A stretch of DNA of 63,665 nt from Lachnospiraceae bacterium (GTDB taxonomy: Bacteria > Bacillota > Clostridia > Lachnospirales > Lachnospiraceae). The stretch lies in contig JAFWUY010000013.1 of NCBI GenBank assembly GCA_017524035.1, positions 1 through 63,665 on the forward strand, read 5' to 3'. Shown here piece after piece: positions 49,277-59,708 of this stretch; position 1 is the first letter of the stretch; the number at the start of each line of letters is the position of its first letter. The notes under the pieces are model-generated. The model was not told the DNA's origin. It saw only the letters and a program-made list of their open reading frames with translations, and ran no database searches. The position numbers and the translations under genes were made by a program.

Positions 49277-50380
49277 ATGGCAGGCTCTTCATTCGGAAGA
49301 ATATTCAGGATAACCACATGGGGCGAGTCTCACGGACCCGCACTCGGATGCGTTATTGACGGCTGTCCCGCAGGTGTGGAATTATCCGAAAAAGACATAC
49401 AGCCTTTTCTCGACAGGAGAAAACCCGGCAATGCTGCCGTTGCGACTGCGAGAAAGGAATCGGATACGGCAGAGATACTTTCCGGAGTGTTCGAGGGAAA
49501 GACCACCGGAACTCCGATAAGCGTGATCATAAGAAATTCGGACCAGCATTCGAATGACTACGATAACCTTAAAGATCTGTACAGACCGGGTCATGCGGAT
49601 ATGACATATGATGCAAAGTACGGATTCAGGGATCATCGCGGCGGAGGAAGAAGCTCCGGAAGAGAGACCGCGGCAAGGGTCATCGCAGGCTCGATCGCGA
49701 TCAAGGTCCTGAAGGAACTGGGTATTACGGTTGAAGCTTATACGAGAGCGATAGGTCCTGTTGAAGCGGATCTGAGTGAGTATTCAAGAAGTGCCGTACT
49801 TGCGAATGCCACGGCAATGCCGGATATAAATGCGAATGCCAGAGCACTGGAATATATCGCTGATATGAAGAATAAATGCGATTCATGCGGCGGCGTTATG
49901 GAATGCATGATAAAGGGTGTTCCCGCAGGAGTCGGAGACCCGGTCTTTGACAAGCTGGATGCGCTTCTTGCGCAGGCGGTAATGAGCATAGGCGCGGTCA
50001 AGGCAGTTGAGATAGGTGACGGATGCAAAGCTGCGGCATCCGTTGGAAGCAGGAACAACGATCAGTTCAAGGCCGGAAGCAAAGGCAGGATCTCCAAGAG
50101 ATCCAATCACGCGGGAGGCATACTCGGAGGCATAAGCGATTCGTCCGACATCATCGTCAGGGCCAGCGTAAAGCCCACTCCGTCGATTTCAAGGCCGCAG
50201 AAGACGGTCAGCAATCTCGGCGAGAATACCGAGATCGAGATACACGGACGTCACGATCCCGTCATAGTTCCGCGAGCGGTAGTGGTACTCGAGAGCATGT
50301 GTGCGGTGACAATACTTGACAGCATGCTGTACGGAATGGGATCCCGGATCGATAATCTTATCAGCATTTACAATAAATAA
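49277..50380 (+). CDS. aroC: Chorismate synthase
   Basis: TWGESHG, RPGHAD, RGGGRSSGRETAARV, KPTPSI, GRHDP. Confidence 0.97.
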   Translation: MAGSSFGRIFRITTWGESHGPALGCVIDGCPAGVELSEKDIQPFLDRRKPGNAAVATARKESDTAEILSGVFEGKTTGTPISVIIRNSDQHSNDYDNLKDLYRPGHADMTYDAKYGFRDHRGGGRSSGRETAARVIAGSIAIKVLKELGITVEAYTRAIGPVEADLSEYSRSAVLANATAMPDINANARALEYIADMKNKCDSCGGVMECMIKGVPAGVGDPVFDKLDALLAQAVMSIGAVKAVEIGDGCKAAASVGSRNNDQFKAGSKGRISKRSNHAGGILGGISDSSDIIVRASVKPTPSISRPQKTVSNLGENTEIEIHGRHDPVIVPRAVVVLESMCAVTILDSMLYGMGSRIDNLISIYNK

Positions 50381-50395
50381 TCAGAGGTGGATATC

Positions 50396-51514
50396 ATGGC
50401 TGAAGAAAAGAAAAAAACTAACAAGGATGTTTCAAAGGATAAGTATGTTGCATACGTATCAACTTATACCATGGGTGATAACCACGGAATAAAGGTCTAC
50501 GACGTAAATATGGAGACAGGCCGTTTCGTCGAGAAGGATGAGGTCGAGATCTCAAACTCGTCCTATATTACCACTTCCCATAACGGAAAATATCTCTATT
50601 CGATAACCGACCTCGGTGTTGAGTCTTACAGGATCGCCGAGGACGGAACTCTCGATCTTATCAATTTTGCCCCCATCAACGGAATGAGAGGCTGTTATCT
50701 TGCGACCGATTATACCGATAAGTATCTGATGGTTGCAGGTTATCATGACGGAAAGCTTACCGTTCTCCATCTCAAGGATAACGGCGGCGTAGGTAAGATC
50801 ACCGACGAAGTTTTCCATAAGGGCCTCGGTTCCATGGCGGACAGAAACTTCAGACCCCATATCGCAAGTGCGAGAATGACTCATGATAACAGATACATCC
50901 TTGTAGCCGATCAGGGAATGGATCATGTTAACGTATATGAGCTCAATCACGAGACGGGCAAGATCAAACTTGTCGATATAATCAGATGTCAGCTTGAATC
51001 ATCTCCCCGTCAGATCAAGCTTTCCAAGGACGGAAGATTTATCTATATCTGCCTTGAGGCAACCTGCAAGATCGATGTTTATGAGTATACCTTTGACGGA
51101 AAGGCTCCCGTATTTGAGAAGATCCAGACCGTTGATGTCGTTAAGCGTGAGAGCGGTGTAAACTCCGCGATCAGTGCTCTTTCTTTTTCAACCGATTACA
51201 GGTACATCCTTACTACGATAGCGGGAGACAATTCCGTTGCAATCTTCTCGGCGGATCCCAACACCGGAATGCTTGAAAAGAAGCTCCTTCTTCCCGTTTC
51301 GGGTGATTATCCCAAGGATGCGGAGATACTTCCGGGCAATAAGTTCCTTGTATCGCTCAACCATGAGTCCAACGAGATGTCATTCTTCAAGCTTGATATC
51401 GAACATGGCACAATGATCATGAACGGCGGATTTGTAAAGGTTAATACACCCAACTGTATTCTCATCCATAAGCTTAACCGCGACGGAGAAGTCGAGATCC
51501 TGGAGAATCAATGA
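50396..51514 (+). CDS. Lactonase family beta-propeller (6-phosphogluconolactonase-like)
   Basis: AYVSTYT start, ADQGMD, SSPRQ, GDYPKD propeller blades. Confidence 0.8.
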   Translation: MAEEKKKTNKDVSKDKYVAYVSTYTMGDNHGIKVYDVNMETGRFVEKDEVEISNSSYITTSHNGKYLYSITDLGVESYRIAEDGTLDLINFAPINGMRGCYLATDYTDKYLMVAGYHDGKLTVLHLKDNGGVGKITDEVFHKGLGSMADRNFRPHIASARMTHDNRYILVADQGMDHVNVYELNHETGKIKLVDIIRCQLESSPRQIKLSKDGRFIYICLEATCKIDVYEYTFDGKAPVFEKIQTVDVVKRESGVNSAISALSFSTDYRYILTTIAGDNSVAIFSADPNTGMLEKKLLLPVSGDYPKDAEILPGNKFLVSLNHESNEMSFFKLDIEHGTMIMNGGFVKVNTPNCILIHKLNRDGEVEILENQ

Positions 51515-52605
51515 TCAATCAGACGAAAAAGGAACGCGTTTCCGAAGAGATAAGGAAGCGCGGCAGAAAGAATAAGACATACAGATTCTTTTCCCCGCTG
51601 ATCAAAAAGATCAGCTTTTTCGGGATAGATCTGTGTGATTTCTGCGAAGAGCATATGCTGAAATTTGTTCTGCTGTGCACTTCGCTGCTCTGCTTTACGG
51701 CTTTCTGCAGTTTTTCTTTTCCTCTGTTTACCGGTTCGATAACCAATCTCGGCATCATTGATTTTAACGAGCTTGATGAATCCATTTCGCTTGCGGAAGA
51801 TACCGGCGATGTGATGACTGCTGATGAAGCCAGGATCCTTTTCAGGGATGATTTTGCCGCCTGGGATTCGGACGGTCTCGGTTCGACTGTCAGCACCAAT
51901 TCCGAGGGGCAGGAAGTCATTGCGGTCGGAACCGATGATATTCTTGAAGATATGCTTGATCAGTTATCGGGTGATGAAGACACGGTCCCGGACGCATCCG
52001 TATATGAAGATATCGATCTTGACAGTCTTGTATTTGATAAAAATGATTGGAGACTGATCCTGGTCAATAAGCAGCATTCCGTTCCCTCGGATTATGATTT
52101 TCCTCTCGGAAACCTCACTGCGAATCTTCAGTGTGACGAGAGGGTTATGGACGATCTCGTGCTTATGCTCCGTGATGCGAGAAGCGCGGGGATGAACATA
52201 TGGATCGTCTCTCCCTACAGATCCGGTGATAAGCAGGAGAATCTGTTTAATTACGATCTCGGAAAATATATGGCATCGGGCATGAATTATTTTGATGCTT
52301 ACCAGCTTGCTGCCGAAGCGGTAACTCTTCCCGGAACAAGCGAGCATCAGATAGGTCTTGCATTTGATATTGTAAATAATGAATATGCGCATCTCGGTGA
52401 AGGCTTTGCGGATACCAAGGAAGGAATATGGCTTGCCGAGAACTGCTATAAGTATGGTTTCATACTCAGATATCCCAAGGATAAGGAGTACATCACCACG
52501 ATCGAATATGAGCCCTGGCATTTCAGATATGTCGGAAGAGAAGCTGCGGCATATATGACGATCAATGACCTTACCCTGGAAGAATTCTGGGAGGAAGTAT
52601 TTTGA
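51511..52605 (+). CDS. M15B D-Ala-D-Ala carboxypeptidase (VanY-like), membrane anchored
   Basis: LILVNK, SPYRS, PGTSEHQIGLAFD, YGFILRYP, YEPWHFRYVG. Confidence 0.92.
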   Translation: MINQTKKERVSEEIRKRGRKNKTYRFFSPLIKKISFFGIDLCDFCEEHMLKFVLLCTSLLCFTAFCSFSFPLFTGSITNLGIIDFNELDESISLAEDTGDVMTADEARILFRDDFAAWDSDGLGSTVSTNSEGQEVIAVGTDDILEDMLDQLSGDEDTVPDASVYEDIDLDSLVFDKNDWRLILVNKQHSVPSDYDFPLGNLTANLQCDERVMDDLVLMLRDARSAGMNIWIVSPYRSGDKQENLFNYDLGKYMASGMNYFDAYQLAAEAVTLPGTSEHQIGLAFDIVNNEYAHLGEGFADTKEGIWLAENCYKYGFILRYPKDKEYITTIEYEPWHFRYVGREAAAYMTINDLTLEEFWEEVF

Positions 52606-53741
52606 GTTCAGATTTTAAACTGATCAAAAAAGACGGAAATGCAAGAAGAGGAGAGCTGATCACTGTACACGGAACCGTTCAGACCCCTCTTTTTATGAAT
52701 GTCGGAACCGTTGCTGCGATCAAGGGCGGAGTCAGTTCCGAGGATCTTGAAAACATAGGATGCCAGGTCGAACTTTCCAATACATATCATCTGCACGTAC
52801 GTACCGGGGATGAGCTGATAAAGAGATTCGGCGGGCTTCATAAGTTCATGGACTGGCACAGACCGATACTTACCGATTCGGGCGGTTTCCAGGTTTTCTC
52901 GCTTGCCTCCATGAGGAAGATTAAGGAAGAAGGCGTCACCTTCAGAAGCCATATCGACGGTCACAGGATATTCATGGGGCCTGAGGAGAGCATGAGGATA
53001 CAGAGCAATCTCGGATCCACCATCGCCATGGCATTCGATGAATGTCCTCCCGCCAAGGCGGAAAGGGAATATGCTCTTCCTTCCGTGCAGCGTACCGAAA
53101 GATGGCTCGAAAGATGCAAGGCCGAAATGGAAAGGCTTAACTCCCTCGAGGATACGATCAACAAGGATCAGCTTTTGTTCGGAATAAACCAGGGAGCCGT
53201 TTATAACGATATCCGTATAGATAATGCAAAGAGGATATCGGAGCTTGATCTTCCGGGTTATGCGATCGGTGGACTTGCCGTCGGCGAGACTCACGAGGAG
53301 ATGTATGACGTTCTTGACAATACGGCACCTCATCTTCCGGAAGACAAACCCAGATATCTGATGGGTGTCGGAACTCCCGCAAATATTCTTGAAGCTGTTG
53401 ACCGCGGGATCGACATGTTTGACTGTGTATATCCTTCAAGGAACGGACGTCACGGGCATCTGTATACACATCACGGCAAGATCAACATCAATAATGCAAA
53501 GTATGCGGAGGATGACAGACCGATAGAGGAAGGATGCGGATGTCCCGCGTGCAGGAGATATTCAAGGGCCTACATTCGTCATCTTCATAAAGCCGGTGAG
53601 ATGCTCGGACTCAGGTTATGCGTTCTCCACAATCTGTATTTTTACAATCATCTTATGGAAGAGATCAGGGATGCCATAGATGAGGGAAGATATAAAGAAT
53701 TCAAAAACTCACTGATAGATGATCTGAACGGTTCGGACTGA
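52602..53741 (+). CDS. tgt: tRNA-guanine transglycosylase
   Basis: TPLFMNVGT, LSNTYHL, LTDSGGFQVFSL, DMFDCV, CGCPAC..HN zinc site. Confidence 0.97.
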   Translation: MSSDFKLIKKDGNARRGELITVHGTVQTPLFMNVGTVAAIKGGVSSEDLENIGCQVELSNTYHLHVRTGDELIKRFGGLHKFMDWHRPILTDSGGFQVFSLASMRKIKEEGVTFRSHIDGHRIFMGPEESMRIQSNLGSTIAMAFDECPPAKAEREYALPSVQRTERWLERCKAEMERLNSLEDTINKDQLLFGINQGAVYNDIRIDNAKRISELDLPGYAIGGLAVGETHEEMYDVLDNTAPHLPEDKPRYLMGVGTPANILEAVDRGIDMFDCVYPSRNGRHGHLYTHHGKININNAKYAEDDRPIEEGCGCPACRRYSRAYIRHLHKAGEMLGLRLCVLHNLYFYNHLMEEIRDAIDEGRYKEFKNSLIDDLNGSD

Positions 53742-53762
53742 TCCGAAAGGAGGTATTTACTT

Positions 53763-54584
53763 ATGAAAAAACTGCTTGTATCATTTGCCGCATTTCTGAT
53801 GATGGTTTTAGGATTCGGAGCAGTAAGTGCCAAAGCGGCACCTGTTAAGATGGCTGACGGACAGCTTTTTGATGCTGTTTACTACGCACAGCATAATCCC
53901 GATGTTGTTGCCGCATTCGGAACGGATGCAAACTGGCTTTATCTTCATTATGTGGTATGCGGAAAGACCGAAGGCAGACTTCCTTACGATCCTTCATATA
54001 TCGGAAGCACTCCCTCTGTATCTTCCGATTCCTTTAATGCTGCCTATTATGCGGCAAGATATCCGGATGTGGCCGCCGTATTCGGAACGGATCCGACCCT
54101 TCTCAAGATGCATTACGATCTTTGCGGAAAGGCTGAGGGCAGATTTCCCAATGCAGAGGCCGAGCTTGCAGCCGTTCCCAGCCCTGTCCCCGTAAATACC
54201 GCAGCCGGATTATCAAGTGAGCAGCAGCAGGTACTTGACCTTGTCAATGCCGAGCGTGCAAAGTACGGTCTTGCTCCTCTGGCCTGGGATCCTTCTAATC
54301 TCGGACCCGGTGCGGCTGTCAGGGCTCAGGAGATCTCCGCTGTCTTTTCACATACAAGACCGGATGGTTCGAGCTGCTTTACCGCAGTAGCCAATCCCGG
54401 ATGGCTCGGAGAAAACATTGCAGCCGGACAGCGTTCTCCGCAGGAAGTCATGAATTCCTGGATGAACAGCTCCGGACACAGGGCGAATATCCTTAATTCC
54501 CACTTTACCAGACTCGGTGTCGGATTTTACTATAATCCTTCCGCGCCTTACAGATATTACTGGGTGCAGATGTTCTCGTCATAA
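53763..54584 (+). CDS. Secreted CAP/SCP domain protein with two N-terminal ~39-aa repeats
   Basis: Signal peptide; LVNAERAKYGL, FSHTRPDG, GENIAAG, WMNSSGHRANIL, YWVQMF. Confidence 0.9.
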   Translation: MKKLLVSFAAFLMMVLGFGAVSAKAAPVKMADGQLFDAVYYAQHNPDVVAAFGTDANWLYLHYVVCGKTEGRLPYDPSYIGSTPSVSSDSFNAAYYAARYPDVAAVFGTDPTLLKMHYDLCGKAEGRFPNAEAELAAVPSPVPVNTAAGLSSEQQQVLDLVNAERAKYGLAPLAWDPSNLGPGAAVRAQEISAVFSHTRPDGSSCFTAVANPGWLGENIAAGQRSPQEVMNSWMNSSGHRANILNSHFTRLGVGFYYNPSAPYRYYWVQMFSS

Positions 54585-54593
54585 ATATTTTAT

Positions 54594-54622
54594 TTGATAC
54601 TTTTGAGGATATCGTGTATTAT
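54594..54622 (+). promoter_or_regulatory. Putative promoter of yajC (TTGATA-17-TATTAT)
   Basis: Hexamers at 54594-54599 and 54617-54622. Confidence 0.55.
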
Positions 54623-54673
54623 CAGACATGTTGCGGGAAAAATCGCAAAAGAAACCGATCGGAGGAATTATAA

Positions 54674-55024
54674 ATGAACTTTATGCTTCTTACAGCTGAT
54701 GCTGCTCAGGGTGATGCTACCGGATCCATTATTTCAATGGTCCTTATATACGGTGTTCTTATCTTTGCGCTATGGTTTTTCTTTATGAGACCCCAGAAGA
54801 AAGAGCAGAAGAGAACACAGGAGATGCTCTCAACTCTTGAGAACGGTGATATCGTATGTACCACTTCAGGTTTCTACGGAACAATCATCGACATTCAGGA
54901 TGATATGGTCATCGTAGAGTTCGGAAACAACCGTAACTGCCGTATCCCCATGGAGAAGTCGGCTATCGCCAAGGTTGAAAAACCCGGACAGGCTTCCGCA
55001 TCCGATTCCGATTCCAAGAAATGA
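54674..55024 (+). CDS. yajC: Preprotein translocase subunit YajC
   Basis: TM helix then FFMRPQKK, GDIVCTTSGFYG; GGAGG RBS. Confidence 0.93.
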   Translation: MNFMLLTADAAQGDATGSIISMVLIYGVLIFALWFFFMRPQKKEQKRTQEMLSTLENGDIVCTTSGFYGTIIDIQDDMVIVEFGNNRNCRIPMEKSAIAKVEKPGQASASDSDSKK

Positions 55025-55043
55025 TCTGAATAATATTGTCCTT

Positions 55044-55076
55044 AAGCCCTTAGGAACTCTTCCTAAGGGCTTTTTC
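55044..55076 (+). terminator. Intrinsic terminator after yajC
   Basis: AAGCCCTTAGGA/TCCTAAGGGCTT stem followed by a T-run. Confidence 0.85.
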
Positions 55077-55181
55077 TGTATGAAGCCTACATTATACGAA
55101 AAAGGTTAAATACGCCCCTTGAATTTCACAATTTAATACGATAAATTAGAAATGTCGCATTTTTTGCGAAAAGGAGACACT

Positions 55182-56267
55182 ATGAAACTTAACATTGTAT
55201 GTATTCCCGGTGACGGGATAGGTCCCGAGATAGTTGCTCAGGCAAAAAAAGTTCTTGAAAAGGTAGCATCCGTATACGGTCATGAGATGGTATTTACAGA
55301 CATCCTCATGGGCGGAGCCTCCATCGATGCATGCGGCGAACCTCTTACACAGGAAGCAATAGATACAGCAAAGGCTGCAGATGCCGTACTTATGGGATCC
55401 ATCGGAGGAAATACCACAACAAGTCCCTGGTACAAGCTTCCTCCCGAGAAAAGACCCGAAGCAGGCCTTCTTAAGATAAGAAAAGAGCTCGGACTCTTTG
55501 CAAACTTAAGACCCGCGTATCTTTTCCCCGAGCTTGCAGATGCATGTCCCCTTGCAAGTGAGACCTCGGATAAGGGCTTTGACCTTCTTATCATGAGAGA
55601 GCTTACCGGCGGACTTTATTTCGGTGCAAGACATACCGAGGTTGTTGACGGACTCAGGACTGCGGTCGATACGCTTACATATAATGAAGAAGAAATAAGA
55701 AGGATCGCCATCAAGGCATTCGAAGCCGCAAGGAAGAGAAAGAAGAAGGTCACTTCCGTAGATAAGGCCAATGTACTTGATTCCTCAAGACTCTGGAGAG
55801 CGGTTACCGCTGAGGTTGCCAAGGATTATCCCGATGTTGAGCTTGAGAATATGCTTGTTGATAACTGCGCTATGCAGCTTGTAAAGGATCCCGGACAGTT
55901 TGACGTTGTTCTTACGGAGAATATGTTCGGTGACATTCTTTCCGATGAGGCAAGTATGATAACGGGATCAATAGGAATGCTTTCATCCGCATCCCTCAAT
56001 GAGACCAAGTTCGGACTTTACGAGCCCAGCCACGGATCGGCACCCGATATCGCGGGTCAGGATATCGCCAATCCCATTGCAACCGTTCTTTCGGCTGCGA
56101 TGATGCTCAAGTTTTCTTTTGACCTGAATAAGGAAGGCGATGCGATCGAAGCGGCCGTTAAGCAGGTTCTTAAGGACGGCTTCAGGACCGGGGATATTTA
56201 TTCCGAAGGCTGCGAAAAGGTAGGATGCACACGTATGGGTGATCTTATCTGTGAGAGGATTCAATAA
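55182..56267 (+). CDS. leuB: 3-isopropylmalate dehydrogenase
   Basis: [53 protein letters not shown]. Confidence 0.97.
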   Translation: MKLNIVCIPGDGIGPEIVAQAKKVLEKVASVYGHEMVFTDILMGGASIDACGEPLTQEAIDTAKAADAVLMGSIGGNTTTSPWYKLPPEKRPEAGLLKIRKELGLFANLRPAYLFPELADACPLASETSDKGFDLLIMRELTGGLYFGARHTEVVDGLRTAVDTLTYNEEEIRRIAIKAFEAARKRKKKVTSVDKANVLDSSRLWRAVTAEVAKDYPDVELENMLVDNCAMQLVKDPGQFDVVLTENMFGDILSDEASMITGSIGMLSSASLNETKFGLYEPSHGSAPDIAGQDIANPIATVLSAAMMLKFSFDLNKEGDAIEAAVKQVLKDGFRTGDIYSEGCEKVGCTRMGDLICERIQ

Positions 56268-56309
56268 TTTCAGTATTACTGATCAAATAATGTAGGAGAG
56301 GTTAAAACC

Positions 56310-57980
56310 ATGAGAAGTGATTCCGTAAAAGTCGGTGACGCACAGGCGCCCCACAGAAGTCTTTTTAACGCACTTGGAATGACAGAAGAAGAGAGAAAAC
56401 GTCCCCTGATCGGTATCGTTACTTCCTTTAACGAGATCGTTCCCGGACATATGAATCTTGACAAGATTGCCGAGGCGGTAAAGCTCGGTGTTGCCATGGC
56501 GGGCGGTACTCCCGTTCTTTTCCCTGCGATCGCCGTATGTGACGGTATCGCAATGGGTCATATAGGAATGAAGTACAGCCTCGTTACGAGAGACCTCATT
56601 GCCGATTCGACCGAGTGCATGGCTATGGCTCACGGTTTTGACGGACTCGTCTGCATCCCCAACTGTGACAAGAATGTTCCCGGACTCCTCATGGCAGCTG
56701 CCCGTGTGAACATCCCCACCGTTTTCGTTTCCGGCGGCCCCATGCTCGCAGGGCATGTTCACGGCAAGAAGAGAAGCCTGTCTTCGATGTTCGAGGCAGT
56801 AGGAACATACGCGGCAGGTAACATGACAAAGGAAGAACTTACCGAGTTCGAAGAGAAGGTATGTCCCACATGCGGATCATGTTCCGGTATGTACACTGCC
56901 AATTCCATGAACTGCCTTACCGAAGCTATCGGTATGGGACTTAAGGGCAACGGTACGATCCCTGCTGTTTATTCCGAGCGTATCAGACTTGCAAAGCATG
57001 CCGGAATGAAGATCATGGAGCTTGTCGAGAAGAATATCTGTCCCAGGGACATTATGACCGATAAGGCATTCAAGAATGCACTTACGGTTGATATGGCTCT
57101 CGGATGTTCAACCAATACCATGCTTCACATTCCCGCTATCGCAAAGGAAGCCGGTGTTGAGCTCAACATGGAGATGGTTAACGAGCTTTCCGCCAAGACT
57201 CCCAACCTCTGCCATCTTGCACCGGCAGGTCCCACTTATATGGAAGACCTTAATGAGGCAGGCGGCGTATATGCGGTAATGAATGAGCTCTCAAAGAAGG
57301 GACTTATTGAAGAAGACTGCATGACTGCAAATGCAACCACCATCGGTGAGAATATAAAGAACTGCATCAACAGGGATCCCGAAGTAATCCGTCCCATCGA
57401 CAATCCTTATATGGCTACCGGCGGAATTGCAGTACTTAAGGGTAATCTTGCTCCCGATACCGGTGTCGTAAAGCAGTCTGCGGTTGTTCCCGAGATGCTC
57501 GTTCACGAAGGACCCGCCAGAGTGTTTGATTGTGAAGAAGATGCGATAGCAGCCATCAAGGGAGGAAAGATTGTCGCAGGAGATGTTGTTGTTATCAGGT
57601 ATGAAGGACCTAAGGGCGGTCCCGGAATGAGAGAGATGCTCAATCCCACATCAGCCATCGCAGGTATGGGACTCGGTTCATCCGTAGCTCTTATCACCGA
57701 CGGAAGATTCTCAGGTGCATCAAGAGGTGCATCCATCGGACATGTTTCACCCGAAGCTGCAGTCGGCGGTCCCATTGCTCTTGTTGAAGAGGGAGATATC
57801 ATTTCGATAGATATCCCTAACCGTAAGCTTGATGTCAAGGTTTCGGATGAAGTGCTGGCAGAGAGACGTAAAGCATGGCAGCCCAGAGAGCCCAAGGTCA
57901 ATACCGGATACCTTGCCAGATACAGAGAGCTCGTTACCAGCGGTAACCGCGGAGCGGTTCTCGAGATCCCCAAGAATTAA
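56310..57980 (+). CDS. ilvD: Dihydroxy-acid dehydratase
   Basis: [45 protein letters not shown]. Confidence 0.97.
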   Translation: MRSDSVKVGDAQAPHRSLFNALGMTEEERKRPLIGIVTSFNEIVPGHMNLDKIAEAVKLGVAMAGGTPVLFPAIAVCDGIAMGHIGMKYSLVTRDLIADSTECMAMAHGFDGLVCIPNCDKNVPGLLMAAARVNIPTVFVSGGPMLAGHVHGKKRSLSSMFEAVGTYAAGNMTKEELTEFEEKVCPTCGSCSGMYTANSMNCLTEAIGMGLKGNGTIPAVYSERIRLAKHAGMKIMELVEKNICPRDIMTDKAFKNALTVDMALGCSTNTMLHIPAIAKEAGVELNMEMVNELSAKTPNLCHLAPAGPTYMEDLNEAGGVYAVMNELSKKGLIEEDCMTANATTIGENIKNCINRDPEVIRPIDNPYMATGGIAVLKGNLAPDTGVVKQSAVVPEMLVHEGPARVFDCEEDAIAAIKGGKIVAGDVVVIRYEGPKGGPGMREMLNPTSAIAGMGLGSSVALITDGRFSGASRGASIGHVSPEAAVGGPIALVEEGDIISIDIPNRKLDVKVSDEVLAERRKAWQPREPKVNTGYLARYRELVTSGNRGAVLEIPKN

Positions 57981-58027
57981 AATGTATTACCAGTTCCAAT
58001 AAATAAGATTTAGGAGAATTACGAACC

Positions 58028-59701
58028 ATGGAGATGAACGGATCGGAAATTGTGGTTGCCTGTCTTAAAGAACAGGGAGTTGATACAGTCTTCGGATATC
58101 CCGGAGGAACCATTCTCAATATTTATGATGCACTTTATAAGCATCAGGATGAGATCAGGCACGTACTTACCAGCCACGAGCAGGGCGCAGCACATGCCGC
58201 TGACGGTTATGCGAGAGCTACAGGCAGGGTCGGTGTGGTCATGGCTACTTCGGGCCCCGGTGCCACAAACCTGGTAACCGGTATTGCGACCGCCTATATG
58301 GATTCCGTTCCCCTTGTTGCCATTACCGCCAATGTTAACCTTCCCCTTCTCGGAAAGGATACATTCCAGGAGATAGACATTGTCGGTGTTACCATGCCTA
58401 TCACAAAGCATGGCTTTATCGTTAAGAATATCAAGGATCTTGCTCCTACCATCCGTAAGGCATTCAAGATCGCCAAGACCGGACGCCCCGGTCCCGTTCT
58501 TGTAGACATCACCAAGGATGTCACTGCTGCGGTTTACGATTACGAACCCGTTAATCCCGCAGAGCCCGAAAGAGAGACCAAGTTCACCGAGCAGGATCTT
58601 ACCAAGGTTGCCGAGATCCTCTGCAAGGCAAAGAAACCGTTTATTTATGTCGGCGGCGGTGCCATCATTTCAGGTGCTTCGGAAGAGGTTAAGGAGCTTG
58701 CCGATCTTCTCGATGCTCCAGTTTGCGATACCCTGATGGGTAAGGGTGCTTTCGACGGAAATTCCGACCGCTATACCGGAATGATCGGCATGCACGGAAC
58801 CAAGGCTTCCAATCTCGGTGTTACCGAATGCGATCTTTTACTTGCTCTCGGCGCGAGATTTTCCGACAGAGTTACAGGTAATCCCAAGAAATTTGCCGAG
58901 AATGCCAAGGTTGTACACCTTGATGTCGATGCTGCCGAGATCAGCAAGAATATCCCTGCGGATGCATGCCTTATCGGAGATCTTAAGTCCACACTCAAGG
59001 CACTCAATCCTCTTATCACAAAGCAGGATCACTCAGAGTGGATGGCACATATCGCCGATCTTAAGAAAAAGTATCCTCTCGGATATGATGACACCCAGCT
59101 TTCATGCCCTTACATCATTTCCGAGCTTGACCGTATCACAGAGGGAAAGGCTATCGTAACCACCGATGTCGGACAGCACCAGATGTGGGCGGCACAGTAT
59201 TATCATTACACCAGGCCCAGGACTTTCCTTTCATCCGGCGGTCTCGGAACCATGGGCTACGGACTCGGCGCATGTATCGGTGCACAGGTAGGTCGTCCCG
59301 ATGAAGTCTGCGTTAACATCGCAGGAGACGGATGCTTCAGAATGAACATGAACGAGCTTGCCACCGCTTCAAGATATAACATTCCCATCATCGAGATCGT
59401 CATCAACAACCACGTTCTCGGAATGGTAAGACAGTGGCAGACTCTTTTCTACGGAAAGAGATACTCACAGACCGTACTTAACGATTCGGTTGATTTCTGT
59501 AAGGTTGCGGAAGGACTCGGCTGCAAGGCCATCAAGGTTACCCGGAAGGAAGAGGTTGCAAAGGCTCTTGAAGAAGCCATTGCAGCAAAGGCTCCCGTCC
59601 TCATTGAATGCATCATCCCTGAGGATGACAAGGTATTCCCCATGGTTCCCGCAGGAGCTCCTTTAAGCGAAGTATTTGATGCCAATGACATAAAGGAATG
59701 A
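58028..59701 (+). CDS. ilvB: Acetolactate synthase large subunit
   Basis: FGYPGG, HEQGAAHAADGYAR, TSGPGATN, DVGQHQMW, GDGCFRMN. Confidence 0.96.
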   Translation: MEMNGSEIVVACLKEQGVDTVFGYPGGTILNIYDALYKHQDEIRHVLTSHEQGAAHAADGYARATGRVGVVMATSGPGATNLVTGIATAYMDSVPLVAITANVNLPLLGKDTFQEIDIVGVTMPITKHGFIVKNIKDLAPTIRKAFKIAKTGRPGPVLVDITKDVTAAVYDYEPVNPAEPERETKFTEQDLTKVAEILCKAKKPFIYVGGGAIISGASEEVKELADLLDAPVCDTLMGKGAFDGNSDRYTGMIGMHGTKASNLGVTECDLLLALGARFSDRVTGNPKKFAENAKVVHLDVDAAEISKNIPADACLIGDLKSTLKALNPLITKQDHSEWMAHIADLKKKYPLGYDDTQLSCPYIISELDRITEGKAIVTTDVGQHQMWAAQYYHYTRPRTFLSSGGLGTMGYGLGACIGAQVGRPDEVCVNIAGDGCFRMNMNELATASRYNIPIIEIVINNHVLGMVRQWQTLFYGKRYSQTVLNDSVDFCKVAEGLGCKAIKVTRKEEVAKALEEAIAAKAPVLIECIIPEDDKVFPMVPAGAPLSEVFDANDIKE

Positions 59702-59708
59702 TCACCCG

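Noticed and set aside
51511-52605. VanY-like gene as glycopeptide resistance
   Set aside because: No vanHAX or vanRS genes nearby; consistent with a housekeeping D,D-carboxypeptidase.
55077-55181. T-box or attenuator upstream of leuB-ilvD-ilvB
   Set aside because: The leader is too short, with no T-box motif or leader peptide; the upstream hairpin is the yajC terminator.
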